From Trichomonas gallinae (lineage: Eukaryota): 54,031 nucleotides of DNA. Within the stretch, counting starts at the first letter, position 1. Each line of letters opens with the position of its first letter. Made by a program: the position numbers and the translations under genes. Below are positions 20,633-30,981 of this stretch, piece by piece. Under the pieces are notes generated by a model. The model did not search any database. It saw only the letters and a list, made by a program, of their open reading frames with translations, and was not told the origin of the DNA. The DNA is taken from positions 1-54,031 of the forward strand of contig MRSU01010600.1 in NCBI GenBank assembly GCA_008369845.1, written 5' to 3'.

Positions 20633-22459
20633 TTATTCTTCTTCTTTTTCTTCTTTGTCGAGGCCTTCTGGTTTGACTGCTAATTCAGGGAAATGTTCAC
20701 CTAACTTAAAAACTTCGAAAGGAATGACGCCTTTCTTTATGTGAAGACAAACATTGTTCTTGCTGATCATTCCTCCGTATTTAATGTCTGTTCCTTCGAT
20801 GTAAGCGAACATTCCACCCCTCATTGACGAAGAGAACTCTTTTCCTGCGTTTTCGGACAAAAGATTGAACTCTATTCCTCCATTTCCTATTTCTAGGAGC
20901 TTCTTCATGTCTTCTGCTGTGACTGCGAACTTCCTGTTCTTCGATGAAGCGAAAGCGACGTCAATTCCATCGAAGCATGGTGTTCCGTGGACAGCTGAGT
21001 CATCTTTAAGCCTCTTCCAGCTGAAAACTCTTGCTCCGCATGAAACAGCCCTGAGAACTTCAGGCTTTGCATTCATAACAATTTGAGATGCGGCCTCATT
21101 CATCAGAATGATGGAATGGACGCTTTTCTCTGCACGAGCGAAGCAGTTCTTCTTCAAAATGTCATCGTTGAGGTCGTATTCAGCCTTGAGTTTGTCGAAG
21201 ATGTCCTCGCCTTCGACACGCTCGATCTGTACGAACGGTGGCTCCGGCCATTTCCCTGTTGGTCTCGGATTCATTGGTACAGGTGTTGTGACTTCACCTG
21301 TCTTCTCGAGCACGCAAACGAAGAAGCCGCCTGTGTCATTGAGGTGCGGCAAGAATCTCATGGCGTGCTCTATTCCTTCCACTACATCTACTGGGAACAT
21401 AGTCTCTGGGACTCTCTTCCTGATTTCTTCTGGAACTTCGCTGAAATTGTTGAACTCTTTCTCGTCGTTGCAGACGTGCCACGATTTGAGGCCTGGCAGT
21501 CTCTTGAGCTGTGGGTACTTGCTTGAGACATCGACAATCTTTACATTACCCTTCATTTCTCTTAAAACAGACGAAACAACTGCTTCATCTTCAATTGGAT
21601 TGAGGCTGCATGTTGAATAAACACATCTGCCACCAATTTTGAGCAATCTCAATGCTTTGACGAGAATTGCACGCTGTACTGCGTGAAGACCGGCTCCTTC
21701 TGATAGTCTCCAGTTAGGGCCGGCATCTGGGGACTTCCTGAGTGTGCCATCGCCGCTGCATGGGACATCGCAGACGATTCTGTCGAATTGTGTGATCTCA
21801 GGGAACTGCTGGCCAGCGTGGCTTGTTACAATTGTCTGGCGGTTGTCGAGACGCTGAAGGCGGCCTGCTAGTGTTCTGCAGCGCTTCGCGTTGACTTCAT
21901 TGGCAACTACAATGCCTTCTACTGGTTTTCCGTTTGCTTGTTTGAGCATCATTTCCAAAACTTGCGTTGTTTTTGATCCTGGCGCCGCGCACATGTCTAA
22001 AACGAAGTGTTCTGGCTTGAGATCGAGGAAATATGGTGGAATCATTGATACGAGCTCTTGTCTGCTGAAATCTCCGCATGCTTCGTGAACGTGAAGCCAT
22101 TCTCTGAATGGTTGAAGTGCAGGGTTCTTCCTGAAGTTCGGATTATCGATGGACATCTTGTATATTTCACCAAATTCATCGCCAAATACGTCTATTTTGC
22201 TAATTTCGATATTTGATTTTTTGAGTTCTTCGAAATGTGTATTTAATGTTGATTTAACGCGATCTGCATCATGTGCAATAGGATTAAGACGGAAAACGTG
22301 TGGTAAAGAGATTCTAAAAGATTCAATCATTTGATTGAAACTTTCTTCATCGAGAATACTCGGAACAAATTGCATTTTATAATAGTTTATGAATTCATCT
22401 TTAATGAAACCTGCTTCTGCTAAATTCTCTGGTTTTTTGCGTCTTTCAGACTTAGGCAT
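20633..22459 (-). CDS. NOL1/NOP2/Sun-family RNA m5C methyltransferase, NSUN2/Trm4-like
   Basis: SRQELVSMIPP, VLDMCAAPGSKTTQ, FDRIVCDVPCSGDGTLRK, VYSTCSLNPIEDEAVV, RFLPHLNDTGGFF. Both catalytic cysteines are present. Start is probably MPKSERRKK (22459); 22504 is an alternative. Confidence 0.93.
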   Translation of the reverse strand: MPKSERRKKPENLAEAGFIKDEFINYYKMQFVPSILDEESFNQMIESFRISLPHVFRLNPIAHDADRVKSTLNTHFEELKKSNIEISKIDVFGDEFGEIYKMSIDNPNFRKNPALQPFREWLHVHEACGDFSRQELVSMIPPYFLDLKPEHFVLDMCAAPGSKTTQVLEMMLKQANGKPVEGIVVANEVNAKRCRTLAGRLQRLDNRQTIVTSHAGQQFPEITQFDRIVCDVPCSGDGTLRKSPDAGPNWRLSEGAGLHAVQRAILVKALRLLKIGGRCVYSTCSLNPIEDEAVVSSVLREMKGNVKIVDVSSKYPQLKRLPGLKSWHVCNDEKEFNNFSEVPEEIRKRVPETMFPVDVVEGIEHAMRFLPHLNDTGGFFVCVLEKTGEVTTPVPMNPRPTGKWPEPPFVQIERVEGEDIFDKLKAEYDLNDDILKKNCFARAEKSVHSIILMNEAASQIVMNAKPEVLRAVSCGARVFSWKRLKDDSAVHGTPCFDGIDVAFASSKNRKFAVTAEDMKKLLEIGNGGIEFNLLSENAGKEFSSSMRGGMFAYIEGTDIKYGGMISKNNVCLHIKKGVIPFEVFKLGEHFPELAVKPEGLDKEEKEEE

Positions 22460-22891
22460 TATATATTTAAGGGGGACACACTTATTATGAGGGGGATGCA
22501 TCATATTTCAGGGGTAAATCAGACATCATCGACAACAAGCCTCACCGCGCTAAATCATGATAATACTAGTCGAATAGAACACTTACCATCAAACAAAACT
22601 TAATTTACTGCATTAATATAATCAGAGGATTTAAAATTATTGAGATTAATGAATTTATATCTCAAAAATGATATAGCTTGTGTTTATTTAAGATATTTGT
22701 ATTTTAAGATAACTAGTTTATATTTTGACTTAAAATAGTGTTTACAAACATGGTGATAAATCGAAACTCATTTTGACAATTTCATGATTTTTTGACAAAA
22801 TTTGACGTTTTCGTGGGATGTTTGACATTGTAATGAAAAATTTTGACAAAATTTGTTGATAATTTGTGTTTACAAATAATCTGTTATAAAT

Positions 22892-23173
22892 ATGAGTGAC
22901 AACGGTGATGTTGAGTTATCTGTAAGCAGCTCAGGAGAAGAGAACAAGAAGGTAGAAAAGCCAAAAGAGACAGATGAGCCAAATATCGTTGTCGATGGCC
23001 AGAAAGAAGTTCATATTAATGTTAGTGATAGCGATTCAGATAAAGATGGTTCTATTGACGCTCAAGAACAAAAGGCTGTCAAGACAAATCCATCCAAGGA
23101 TCCAGAAATTAAACCAGACAATAAGAAAGAAGAAAAGAAAGATGCGCAGTCACAGTGCTGCTTATTGTTATAA
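22892..23173 (+). CDS. Small acidic disordered protein with C-terminal CaaX (CCLLL), 93 aa
   Basis: D/E/K/S-rich. Ends KKEEKKDAQSQCCLLL, a geranylgeranylation-type CaaL with an adjacent palmitoylatable Cys. Stop lies in TAAA. Confidence 0.85.
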   Translation: MSDNGDVELSVSSSGEENKKVEKPKETDEPNIVVDGQKEVHINVSDSDSDKDGSIDAQEQKAVKTNPSKDPEIKPDNKKEEKKDAQSQCCLLL

Positions 23174-23553
23174 ACTTATCGAATACAAAACTATATCATA
23201 AAACTAATACATGTGTTATTTTTCTCAATATTTTGAAATATCAAATGAACTCAAATCAAACTAAAATTATGCGAAAATTTTGATGCATACATTATTATGA
23301 GCCATGCCCTAAGGAGTTCAAGTTATATCTTGTAAGATATAGGATTGAAAATTAAAGAATAACAATAATTTATGAATTGTCACATGTTTCAGTCCTACTT
23401 TGAATTTATTTTAATATATATATAATTGTAGAAGCTAGACATGTAATACTGGACGTTGAGATTTTTGAGAATGTCAAAAATTATAAGTTTATTTGTCAAT
23501 TTTTTGAGATTTTTGTCTTTTTAAACGATTTTTGACACTTTACATTACAAAAA

Positions 23554-24207
23554 ATGAATGATGCTAAAATCATTAGTAGCAAGCAATTAAAAAGCATCAC
23601 ACCATTGATAACATTCATCATTGATGGTGTTAAGCTTTATCCTCATTCAAAATACCCACGACCTCTTCTCACTACAGATGACGAAGAATTCGAATCCCAA
23701 AAAATCACGAAAAAAGATATTATAACAGAAGAATTATACCATGTATTGTATTTCTTACAAAATTCCGCACTGAATCTTTCAGGTCAGCAAAGAGTCTTAT
23801 TACGTACTGAAGACAAACAAGTAATATTCGTTGATCCACGTTTGAAAGTCCCAGAGGTATTCGATGACTACTTAGCAATGCTTCATTTATTGATGGATGA
23901 TAGGAGAATTTGTTCTGTTGAGAAAGGCTCTGAAATCATGAAGTTTGTTAAAAGTGATCTATCGCATAGCCTTCCTACAGGTGCAAAACGTATCTGTGCT
24001 TACTTATCTAAGACTGATAAAATCACATCACCAAATGATTTCCTTAGCTTAGAGCCAACTGCTGTTTATATTCATTTAGATCCCTTCACAAAGTCACATG
24101 ATGAAGTTATGCTAGGAAGCTATTGTGTTTCAAACGATACACTTACACCTGTTACTCTTGCTTCCCGTCTTCTTAAGGCTGTTGAGCAAAAAGCTCAAAT
24201 TTGGTAA
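23554..24207 (+). CDS. Divergent EMG1/Nep1-like SPOUT-fold protein, 217 aa
   Basis: LYHVLYFLQNSALNLSGQQRVLLRTEDKQVIFVDPRLKVPEVFDDYLAMLHLLM aligns by eye to the Nep1 core (THQxLLxLxDSPLNxAGxLQVYIxTxxxVLIEVNPxxRIPRTFxRFxGLMxQLL). Also SHSLPTGAKRI and SNDTLTPVTLASRLLKAVEQ..W. Confidence 0.75.
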   Translation: MNDAKIISSKQLKSITPLITFIIDGVKLYPHSKYPRPLLTTDDEEFESQKITKKDIITEELYHVLYFLQNSALNLSGQQRVLLRTEDKQVIFVDPRLKVPEVFDDYLAMLHLLMDDRRICSVEKGSEIMKFVKSDLSHSLPTGAKRICAYLSKTDKITSPNDFLSLEPTAVYIHLDPFTKSHDEVMLGSYCVSNDTLTPVTLASRLLKAVEQKAQIW

Positions 24208-24692
24208 AAACTATAGAGATATTATTTTCAACAAAAATTCAATTATGAAACTATATATAATGTATATATGATATTTTTATACTGATGAAAACTATTATAA
24301 AATTTGATTATGAAAACCACAAAGCATCTATTATCATAGAGAATTTTCATTATTGATAAAACCATCAATATTCTATATAGAATATAAATATACTAATGAG
24401 AGTTATATTAAAATTTTGACATTGAAAGTCAGATAGCATAAAAAATAATAGAGAAATTTCACCAATGCTAAAACAAATAAAATTGTATATAGAGTATAAA
24501 TATACGGATTGTAGATATTCTAAATATTAACATTATAGATATGATTAACCTAGCAAAAAAATTATCTAAATTTAAATTATATATAAATCGATATAAGTTT
24601 TGATGTTTTTTGTATTTTTGTGAGGTTCTTAATACAGATATGAAATAAAAACACTTCCGAATAAACGTATATAAGAATGCGCACGTTTAAAA

Positions 24693-25796
24693 ATGTTTGG
24701 GCGAAGTTCTGATGTGTTTGCGGGGAATTCTGCAGGAAAATCAAAGCTAGAAAAGATTCATAAAGAAGCAAAAGAGATTATTACGGCGAAAAATAAAGAA
24801 ATTATGAAATATTCGAAGTTAATTGAGGAAGCTGAAAATCAATTATCCAAATTAAAAGCAGAACTTAGAGAAAAGAATAACAGAATCAATAAATTGAATA
24901 ATGAAGATTCTGATTTCGATAAATTATCAGCAATAGATGAAATACAAGAGTTAAATACGCGACATATCGAAGAAATGAAAAATCTCGAAGAAAAACATCA
25001 AGAAGATATGCAAACATACAAAATGAAATACGCTAAGACACTCAAAGAAGCTGAACAATGGGCAGAACAGCATATTGATACGTTAGCTGTTGAAAAACAA
25101 GCCAAATTACATATGGCACAACAAGAGTTACAAAGTGCTAAAGAAAAAGCCCAATCGTCAAAGCTTACAGCCACAACTCTCAAAACTAATTTTTATCAAA
25201 ATAATAAAACAGCGCAACTCATGAATACACAACGTATTGAATATCTTGAGTCCCAATTATCAGAGATTTCATCAATATCAAGGGAAGAAATACGCGATAT
25301 TAGAGGAAAAATCGAAGAATGTTTAGCGACAATAACAGTTCGACAGAATGAATACGAAGCACAGATTGCTAAATGCAAGAAGGAAATCAAGGAGAGGGAG
25401 TCTAAGTATAATGATCATATAGATGCCCTAACAAACCAATACAATACAGAAAAAACTCGATATCAAAATCAAATTAATGCAGTCAACGAAAACATTCAGA
25501 ATTTAACGCGCGTTATCAAGCAGATGGAGACCCACCATGAGCAACAGCTTCGATCTACAATGAAGGACTTAGAAAGAATGAAGACAACGATTTACACATC
25601 AAGAACAATGAGACATGAGTCAAGAGACGAAACTATTGCAAATACAAGGAATTCTTTGTCAGTGCAGAACCAGTGCATGCAGATGAGACAAGAAATAGCT
25701 GTCATTAAAGAAGAAATAGACGAATTAAATGCAGAAAACGATGAGCTTAGATCTCAGCTGCAAATATTAGATCGTAGCGTCTATGGAGGCTATTAA
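24693..25796 (+). CDS. Coiled-coil protein, 367 aa
   Basis: E/K/Q/L-rich heptad pattern across nearly the whole ORF. Confidence 0.85.
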   Translation: MFGRSSDVFAGNSAGKSKLEKIHKEAKEIITAKNKEIMKYSKLIEEAENQLSKLKAELREKNNRINKLNNEDSDFDKLSAIDEIQELNTRHIEEMKNLEEKHQEDMQTYKMKYAKTLKEAEQWAEQHIDTLAVEKQAKLHMAQQELQSAKEKAQSSKLTATTLKTNFYQNNKTAQLMNTQRIEYLESQLSEISSISREEIRDIRGKIEECLATITVRQNEYEAQIAKCKKEIKERESKYNDHIDALTNQYNTEKTRYQNQINAVNENIQNLTRVIKQMETHHEQQLRSTMKDLERMKTTIYTSRTMRHESRDETIANTRNSLSVQNQCMQMRQEIAVIKEEIDELNAENDELRSQLQILDRSVYGGY

Positions 25797-25993
25797 TGTT
25801 GTTATCTGATCTTTGTTAACCATTAAAATTGTTTATTCACGATATTAATTTTTTCATTTCTTTTTTATGAGCTTATTATAATGAAATATGATGGATTCAT
25901 AAGAGTAGATTGTGTATTGTATTATAAAATAACAAGATTTGTAACAAACAAAATTGTTGAAAATTTATACAAAAAAAATAACAATAAAACACA

Positions 25994-26794
25994 TTACAAA
26001 TCTTCGAAGTCATCAGTAAAAGCCTTCTTTGTGACAGAAAGAGAGGAAGAATATTTGGAAATTCCCTTAGATGTCGTAGTTGTCATCGTATTATTAGTAG
26101 ACTCACGTTGTATTGTATCCATTCTCGATTTATTGGCCTCACTAGCAGTCTTAAATGTTGAATGACCTTGTAAAAGACTTTTATCAGAATGTGAAGATTC
26201 ATCACTAACGTGAACAAAGCCTGCAGATGACGAAGAATAAATTGAAACTTCTGAGTCTTGCATACTTGATTCGGATTTTCCCGTATTCTCGAGTTTTGGT
26301 GTAAATGTTTTTTCTGATGGTGGAGGAACAAGAGGCTGAGAGGCAATGATTTCTACTGTCTTTGTGTGTTCATTGCCTGGGAAATATTCAACTGTTGCCG
26401 TTAGATATAATCTTGCAACTTCTTTTCTGTAAGAATCTCTCATGATTGCTTCTATATCTTTTGACTTGCTGCGTCCAATTAAGTTGAGCGCAGATGCAAG
26501 CATCGGTTTAAATTCGTATTTTGTTGTTCCAATAATAACGGAGTCTCTTTTCATCGCGACGTTGAAAGAAACGGGCCACGACTTGATTGCTTTGAACAAA
26601 TCTGTCGATATCATGATCTGATATGTCTTTTTGATGTCGAATTGAGTAGCTTCTGCTTCGTCCGCCGGTGGTTCCCAGGGAAATGCCGTTGGCTCATTGT
26701 CAGCGACAGTTATAGAAAGCTGAGGAGTAAAAACATAGTCAGCTTTTATAACCAGCTTCTTTAGTTCGATCTCAACAGCAAAAACAAGACTCAT
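25994..26794 (-). CDS. Hypothetical protein with C2-like beta-sandwich N-terminus and Ser/Thr-rich tail, 266 aa
   Basis: Alternating beta-strand patterns (FAVEIELKKLVI, VSFNVAM, IIGTTKYEF, ARLYLTATVEY). The C2 assignment is inferred. Confidence 0.8.
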   Translation of the reverse strand: MSLVFAVEIELKKLVIKADYVFTPQLSITVADNEPTAFPWEPPADEAEATQFDIKKTYQIMISTDLFKAIKSWPVSFNVAMKRDSVIIGTTKYEFKPMLASALNLIGRSKSKDIEAIMRDSYRKEVARLYLTATVEYFPGNEHTKTVEIIASQPLVPPPSEKTFTPKLENTGKSESSMQDSEVSIYSSSSAGFVHVSDESSHSDKSLLQGHSTFKTASEANKSRMDTIQRESTNNTMTTTTSKGISKYSSSLSVTKKAFTDDFEDL

Positions 26795-27324
26795 TCTAAT
26801 ATAAAACTAAAACAGGGTCTGCTTCTTCTCAATTATTTATAAACGTCTTCATATTCAAATTCGTCACTTCACCTATTTCTCAAACTTAATTATTTAATAA
26901 GTAAAGAGCAGTCATCATAATGTAAATATCAATAAAAATAGAATAGGAACCTTATATTATGTATCATCATTGATTTTTATTATAATTTTGGAATATTGTA
27001 AAATTATCCATGAAAAACTAGCAAATAGAACTATTTTAACATTATAAAAATTTAACATAATTCAATAAAGAGACTAGAAAATCAATATTATTGCATAAAA
27101 AACTATTTTTATTTGATTTTACATCATTTTTTTGATAAATATAACTAGAAATTGAAGGTAAAAATGTTATTTGAAGGTAGAAATGGATTTATATTGTTGG
27201 ATTTTATGTGTTATTCGATAAGATAGGAGCCTATATTGATTAGTTTTGATTGAAGATATTTTGATTTACAAGACAAAAATAAATTTACGTGTCATATTTC
27301 TGGTCAAATGTGACATATCAGTAA

Positions 27325-27948
27325 ATGAAGCAAGAAGAAATTAACTGGTGTCTTCAAATTCACGAAAAGATAAAAGCCAAAAAAGCTTACTCCCATGTTC
27401 TTAAACCTGATTTAAAGATAGGATATGGAAGATCCTTAAACGAAATCGATGAATTCTTAAAGCAAAACAAATATTTGACCATTTTCGATTGGTCACTTGA
27501 TGTTAACACATTAATTGAAGATCTAATCGAATACTACAATGAGCAGAAGACACTGTTGCTGATTTGCTACGATTTAGGCCATTGGTTCGAAAAGAGACTT
27601 ACAAAAAGAGCTGTTACACCAGAAGAGATAACACATAAAAAGGTCAAGAAAACTACCGAGAAAATTGTTCTTATTAGCGAAACATATGATAATTACTCAA
27701 GAATGCTCGCCGGTGAGAAATTTAATACTAAAAAGTCATCACATAAAAAGCGTATCAACTTAGAGGACGTAGCAACAATACAAAAATCACTCGAAGAACT
27801 CACGGATGAAAATTTATTAGTTGGAGTTATGAGAATTCTCAAGAAATGGATTCCAGATATCAATATACAAGAAAATACATCGATTGATGTAATGAAAATG
27901 CCACGTCAATGCATCAATGAATTGAAAATTCTTCTTGGCAAGATGTAA
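27325..27948 (+). CDS. Degenerate bromodomain-like protein with C-terminal ET-like domain, 207 aa
   Basis: WCLQIHEKI..SLNEIDEFLKQNKYLTIFDWSLDVNTLI..YN parallels the bromodomain at 41803-42501. The C-terminal LEELTDENLLVGVMRIL..IDVMKMPRQCINELK is ET-like. Confidence 0.7.
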   Translation: MKQEEINWCLQIHEKIKAKKAYSHVLKPDLKIGYGRSLNEIDEFLKQNKYLTIFDWSLDVNTLIEDLIEYYNEQKTLLLICYDLGHWFEKRLTKRAVTPEEITHKKVKKTTEKIVLISETYDNYSRMLAGEKFNTKKSSHKKRINLEDVATIQKSLEELTDENLLVGVMRILKKWIPDINIQENTSIDVMKMPRQCINELKILLGKM

Positions 27949-28838
27949 GTAGACAATTCACACATATTTAGACTTGTATAGAGTACTATTCACATTTTTC
28001 TCACGAATATCCTGCATCTCTTGAATTCGAGATATAATCTTGCCACATATGAGTTCGCCTATTTTCTCGGATGCGAACACACTAATAATAGATAATTAAA
28101 TCTGAGGCAAATGTGAATATTGTCATTTTTTCAACTGTTATGATTTCGTAATAAATTTTGTTTTATAAAATGCTTCAATTCAAGAAATAACTGCATAAAC
28201 TCATGAATATTTGTCATAGGAATCAAATCCTCAGCTCATACTAAAATTATATATGACCTTGACAATCTTTACATAAATCTATAAAATTGTAAGTAATTTA
28301 GACTTCTATTTCATAGTATTTGATATACTAATCAATATGAAATAAATGCTGCAATGAGCGATATAAAATGTATATGATGAGTCCCTAGTAATGGTCCTCG
28401 TTACAAAATTATAATGCCAACGATCATTTTCAATTCAAAAATAATCGACTTCGAATTAGAAAATTACAGCATTGTATATAACGGAATGTTTTCAGCACTT
28501 GATCGATGCTGTGACACCCGTAGGATGGAAAAAAATATTAAATAATGATGGGAAATGAGATAATAGATAAGAATGGGAAAAAAAATTGTAAGAGATAACC
28601 TTGAAACTATAATGTGTCAGAATGTAAAATTTTTCAGTTGTCAAAATCGAAAATTTCATTTTCGCGGTGTATGACTGGTTGTGGATAATGATGGACTTGA
28701 TGTAAAACGTCAAACCGTTTATTAGGATTTTATCTGAAAATGACCTTATAAGTTATATATTACGAAAACAAGTAGATTTTCTTTAATTTTAATAAAAGTG
28801 ACAAAAGTAAATTTTTTAAAAAAATTGCTTTCTTGTAA

Positions 28839-30158
28839 ATGAAATCCCCGAAAACGAGAGAGCACGTCATATCCCTGCCTGTCGAGGTCAACAGACATAT
28901 CCATATCACATTAGATTCCAATGGTACATATCAGAACGTGCCTAGGTCTATGCTACCGGCATTTATAAATAAAACCCACGGAAATGTAATTAATGATACA
29001 GAATTCAGTCCCGAAGTCCTACCAAATAAATATAGTACAGTCGATGGACACTTAATTTCTGGTTTAATTGATGTTGAGCATGTTTTACACGTAACTGTTG
29101 ATGAAGACAAAGGATTCATTGGTTTGCCTCCAGATTTGGAGCGTGCAGTCAAGGCAAGTGGCATATCACATCAAGATATTATAAAGAATCCAGATAAAGC
29201 TGTAAACATTATTAATTTTATGTCAGGGGGAAATCAAAATCTTCCACCGCCTTCAATTGAAAAACCGTTAACAGAATTGCCTCCAGTGGAGCAAGTAATT
29301 AAAATTGGAGATCCAAGAGCCGTTTTAGAAGGATTAACAAAAATTGATGAAGGCTCAACATGCACAGTTTATACTGCGATGTATCAAGGAAAGAAAATTG
29401 CCGTTAAAGAAATGTTATTAAACGAAAAAACAGAGAAAATTCTTATTGATGAAACACGATTAATGTCTACGATGAAAGATCCACACATTACAGAATTCTA
29501 CGATGCTTACCGCGATGGAGACAAGCTATGGATCTTCATGGAATTGATGGATGGAGGATCATTGACAAATGTTGCAACCTTCTGCGATTGTCAGGAACCT
29601 CACATTGCATTCTTCGCAAGAGAAATCCTTCACGCACTCAAATACATGCATTCGCAAAATAAAATACATAGAGACATCAAAACGGATAATGTTCTTCTTA
29701 CATCAGACGGTCAAGTTAAAATTTCCGACTTCGGATATACAATACAACTATCGGATCATTCTGATAAGCGCAGATCTATTGTAGGAACGCCTTATTGGAT
29801 GGCTCCGGAATTAATTCAAGCAACACCTTATAACTATAGCGTAGATATTTGGTCGCTTGGTATACTTTGTCGCGAATTGGCAGAAGGTGAGCCACCTTAT
29901 GTCCAAGAGCCGCCGATGAAGGCACTTTTCTTAATTGTATCGAAAGGTATCCCTGAGATATCTAACAAGAAGGAAAGAAGTCCGGAGTTTTTAGATTTCT
30001 TATATAAATGCCTAGAAAGAGAAGCTGATAAACGACCCACCGCAGAACAACTCCTAGAACATCCGTTCATTAAAACGGCTTGTCCCCTTAAGTTTATTCC
30101 ACCCCTTATTTTGTTGGCTAAGCAACTTGCTAATGATGATGAATTTGAAAGTTTTTAA
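28839..30158 (+). CDS. STE20/PAK-family Ser/Thr kinase with two CRIB-like motifs, 439 aa
   Basis: IAVK, HRDIKTDN, DFG, SIVGTPYWMAPE, DIWSLG, LAEGEPPY. N-terminal ISLPVEVNRHIHI and ISGLIDVEHVLHV. Confidence 0.95.
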   Translation: MKSPKTREHVISLPVEVNRHIHITLDSNGTYQNVPRSMLPAFINKTHGNVINDTEFSPEVLPNKYSTVDGHLISGLIDVEHVLHVTVDEDKGFIGLPPDLERAVKASGISHQDIIKNPDKAVNIINFMSGGNQNLPPPSIEKPLTELPPVEQVIKIGDPRAVLEGLTKIDEGSTCTVYTAMYQGKKIAVKEMLLNEKTEKILIDETRLMSTMKDPHITEFYDAYRDGDKLWIFMELMDGGSLTNVATFCDCQEPHIAFFAREILHALKYMHSQNKIHRDIKTDNVLLTSDGQVKISDFGYTIQLSDHSDKRRSIVGTPYWMAPELIQATPYNYSVDIWSLGILCRELAEGEPPYVQEPPMKALFLIVSKGIPEISNKKERSPEFLDFLYKCLEREADKRPTAEQLLEHPFIKTACPLKFIPPLILLAKQLANDDEFESF

Positions 30159-30489
30159 TATATATACATGTAAATTGTTAACCATTTATTCGAACTTAAC
30201 CTTCTTTACATAGTATATAGATATCCACTAATTTTGTATAATTTTATAGTGAAAAAATTATTATTGGGAAGCAACGAACAAGTAAATGAAATATGCTTTC
30301 TTGTAATGGAATAGGTTTGATATTTGTATGTCAAGAAGCGAAAATAGCAAATTTTTTTGATGAAATTTTAAAAATAATCGTGAACTTCATATATATTATT
30401 GAGCAATTCCTATATATGATAATGATTAAAGAAAAGCTGAAAAAATGGAGAGGAAAAATAAGATTAATTCACTTTTTAACCTTTTTCTA

Positions 30490-30981
30490 ATGGATCCATA
30501 TATTATCCCAAAACTGGAGAAATTCTTCCTAAAATTGAGGGAATTTCAGCTGAATATTTTCCTTGAGCAGAATATTGGGGAAGTGAAAGAATTATGGGAA
30601 GAATATAAGTCCGAACCACTTTATATTGATTTCATGGAGCAAAAATTCGCAGCTGGAGAGTACACAACAGTTCAGCAGGTTAGAGATGACTACGACAGAT
30701 ATCTAACAACTGCTGAACAAACTATTGAAAAATTTCCCGAAAACAATATATTGGTTTTTCACAGCATTATAGGAATGTTCCAAACAACAATCAGAGAAAA
30801 ATTGGAAAAAGCACTGAGAAACGAGATTGAAGATACACTTTACCAACATGACAAAATAATCGAAGAAACTCAGAGATTGCTGTCTAATTTACCATCATAC
30901 ATAAGCCTGGATGAACCTGAGCAGCGTCACATTGATACATTTGGCTTACCAAGAAAAATATTCCCAAACTTTGAATTATAG
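30490..30981 (+). CDS. Degenerate bromodomain-like protein, about 163 aa
   Basis: IFLE..EPLYIDFMEQKFAAGEYTTVQQVRDD resembles the bromodomain PMDLxxxxxKxxxxxYxxxxxFxxD. Start at 30490 follows Inr TTCACTTTT. Confidence 0.65.
   Translation: MDPYIIPKLEKFFLKLREFQLNIFLEQNIGEVKELWEEYKSEPLYIDFMEQKFAAGEYTTVQQVRDDYDRYLTTAEQTIEKFPENNILVFHSIIGMFQTTIREKLEKALRNEIEDTLYQHDKIIEETQRLLSNLPSYISLDEPEQRHIDTFGLPRKIFPNFEL

Noticed and set aside
22772..22848. TTGACA as bacterial -35 boxes, or the repeats as a CRISPR array
   Set aside because: The context is eukaryotic, there is no consistent -10 pairing, and there is no repeat-spacer structure or cas gene.
27950..28130. Short open stretch on the minus strand downstream of the bromodomain-like gene
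   Set aside because: No convincing in-frame start or recognisable domain; under 60 codons.
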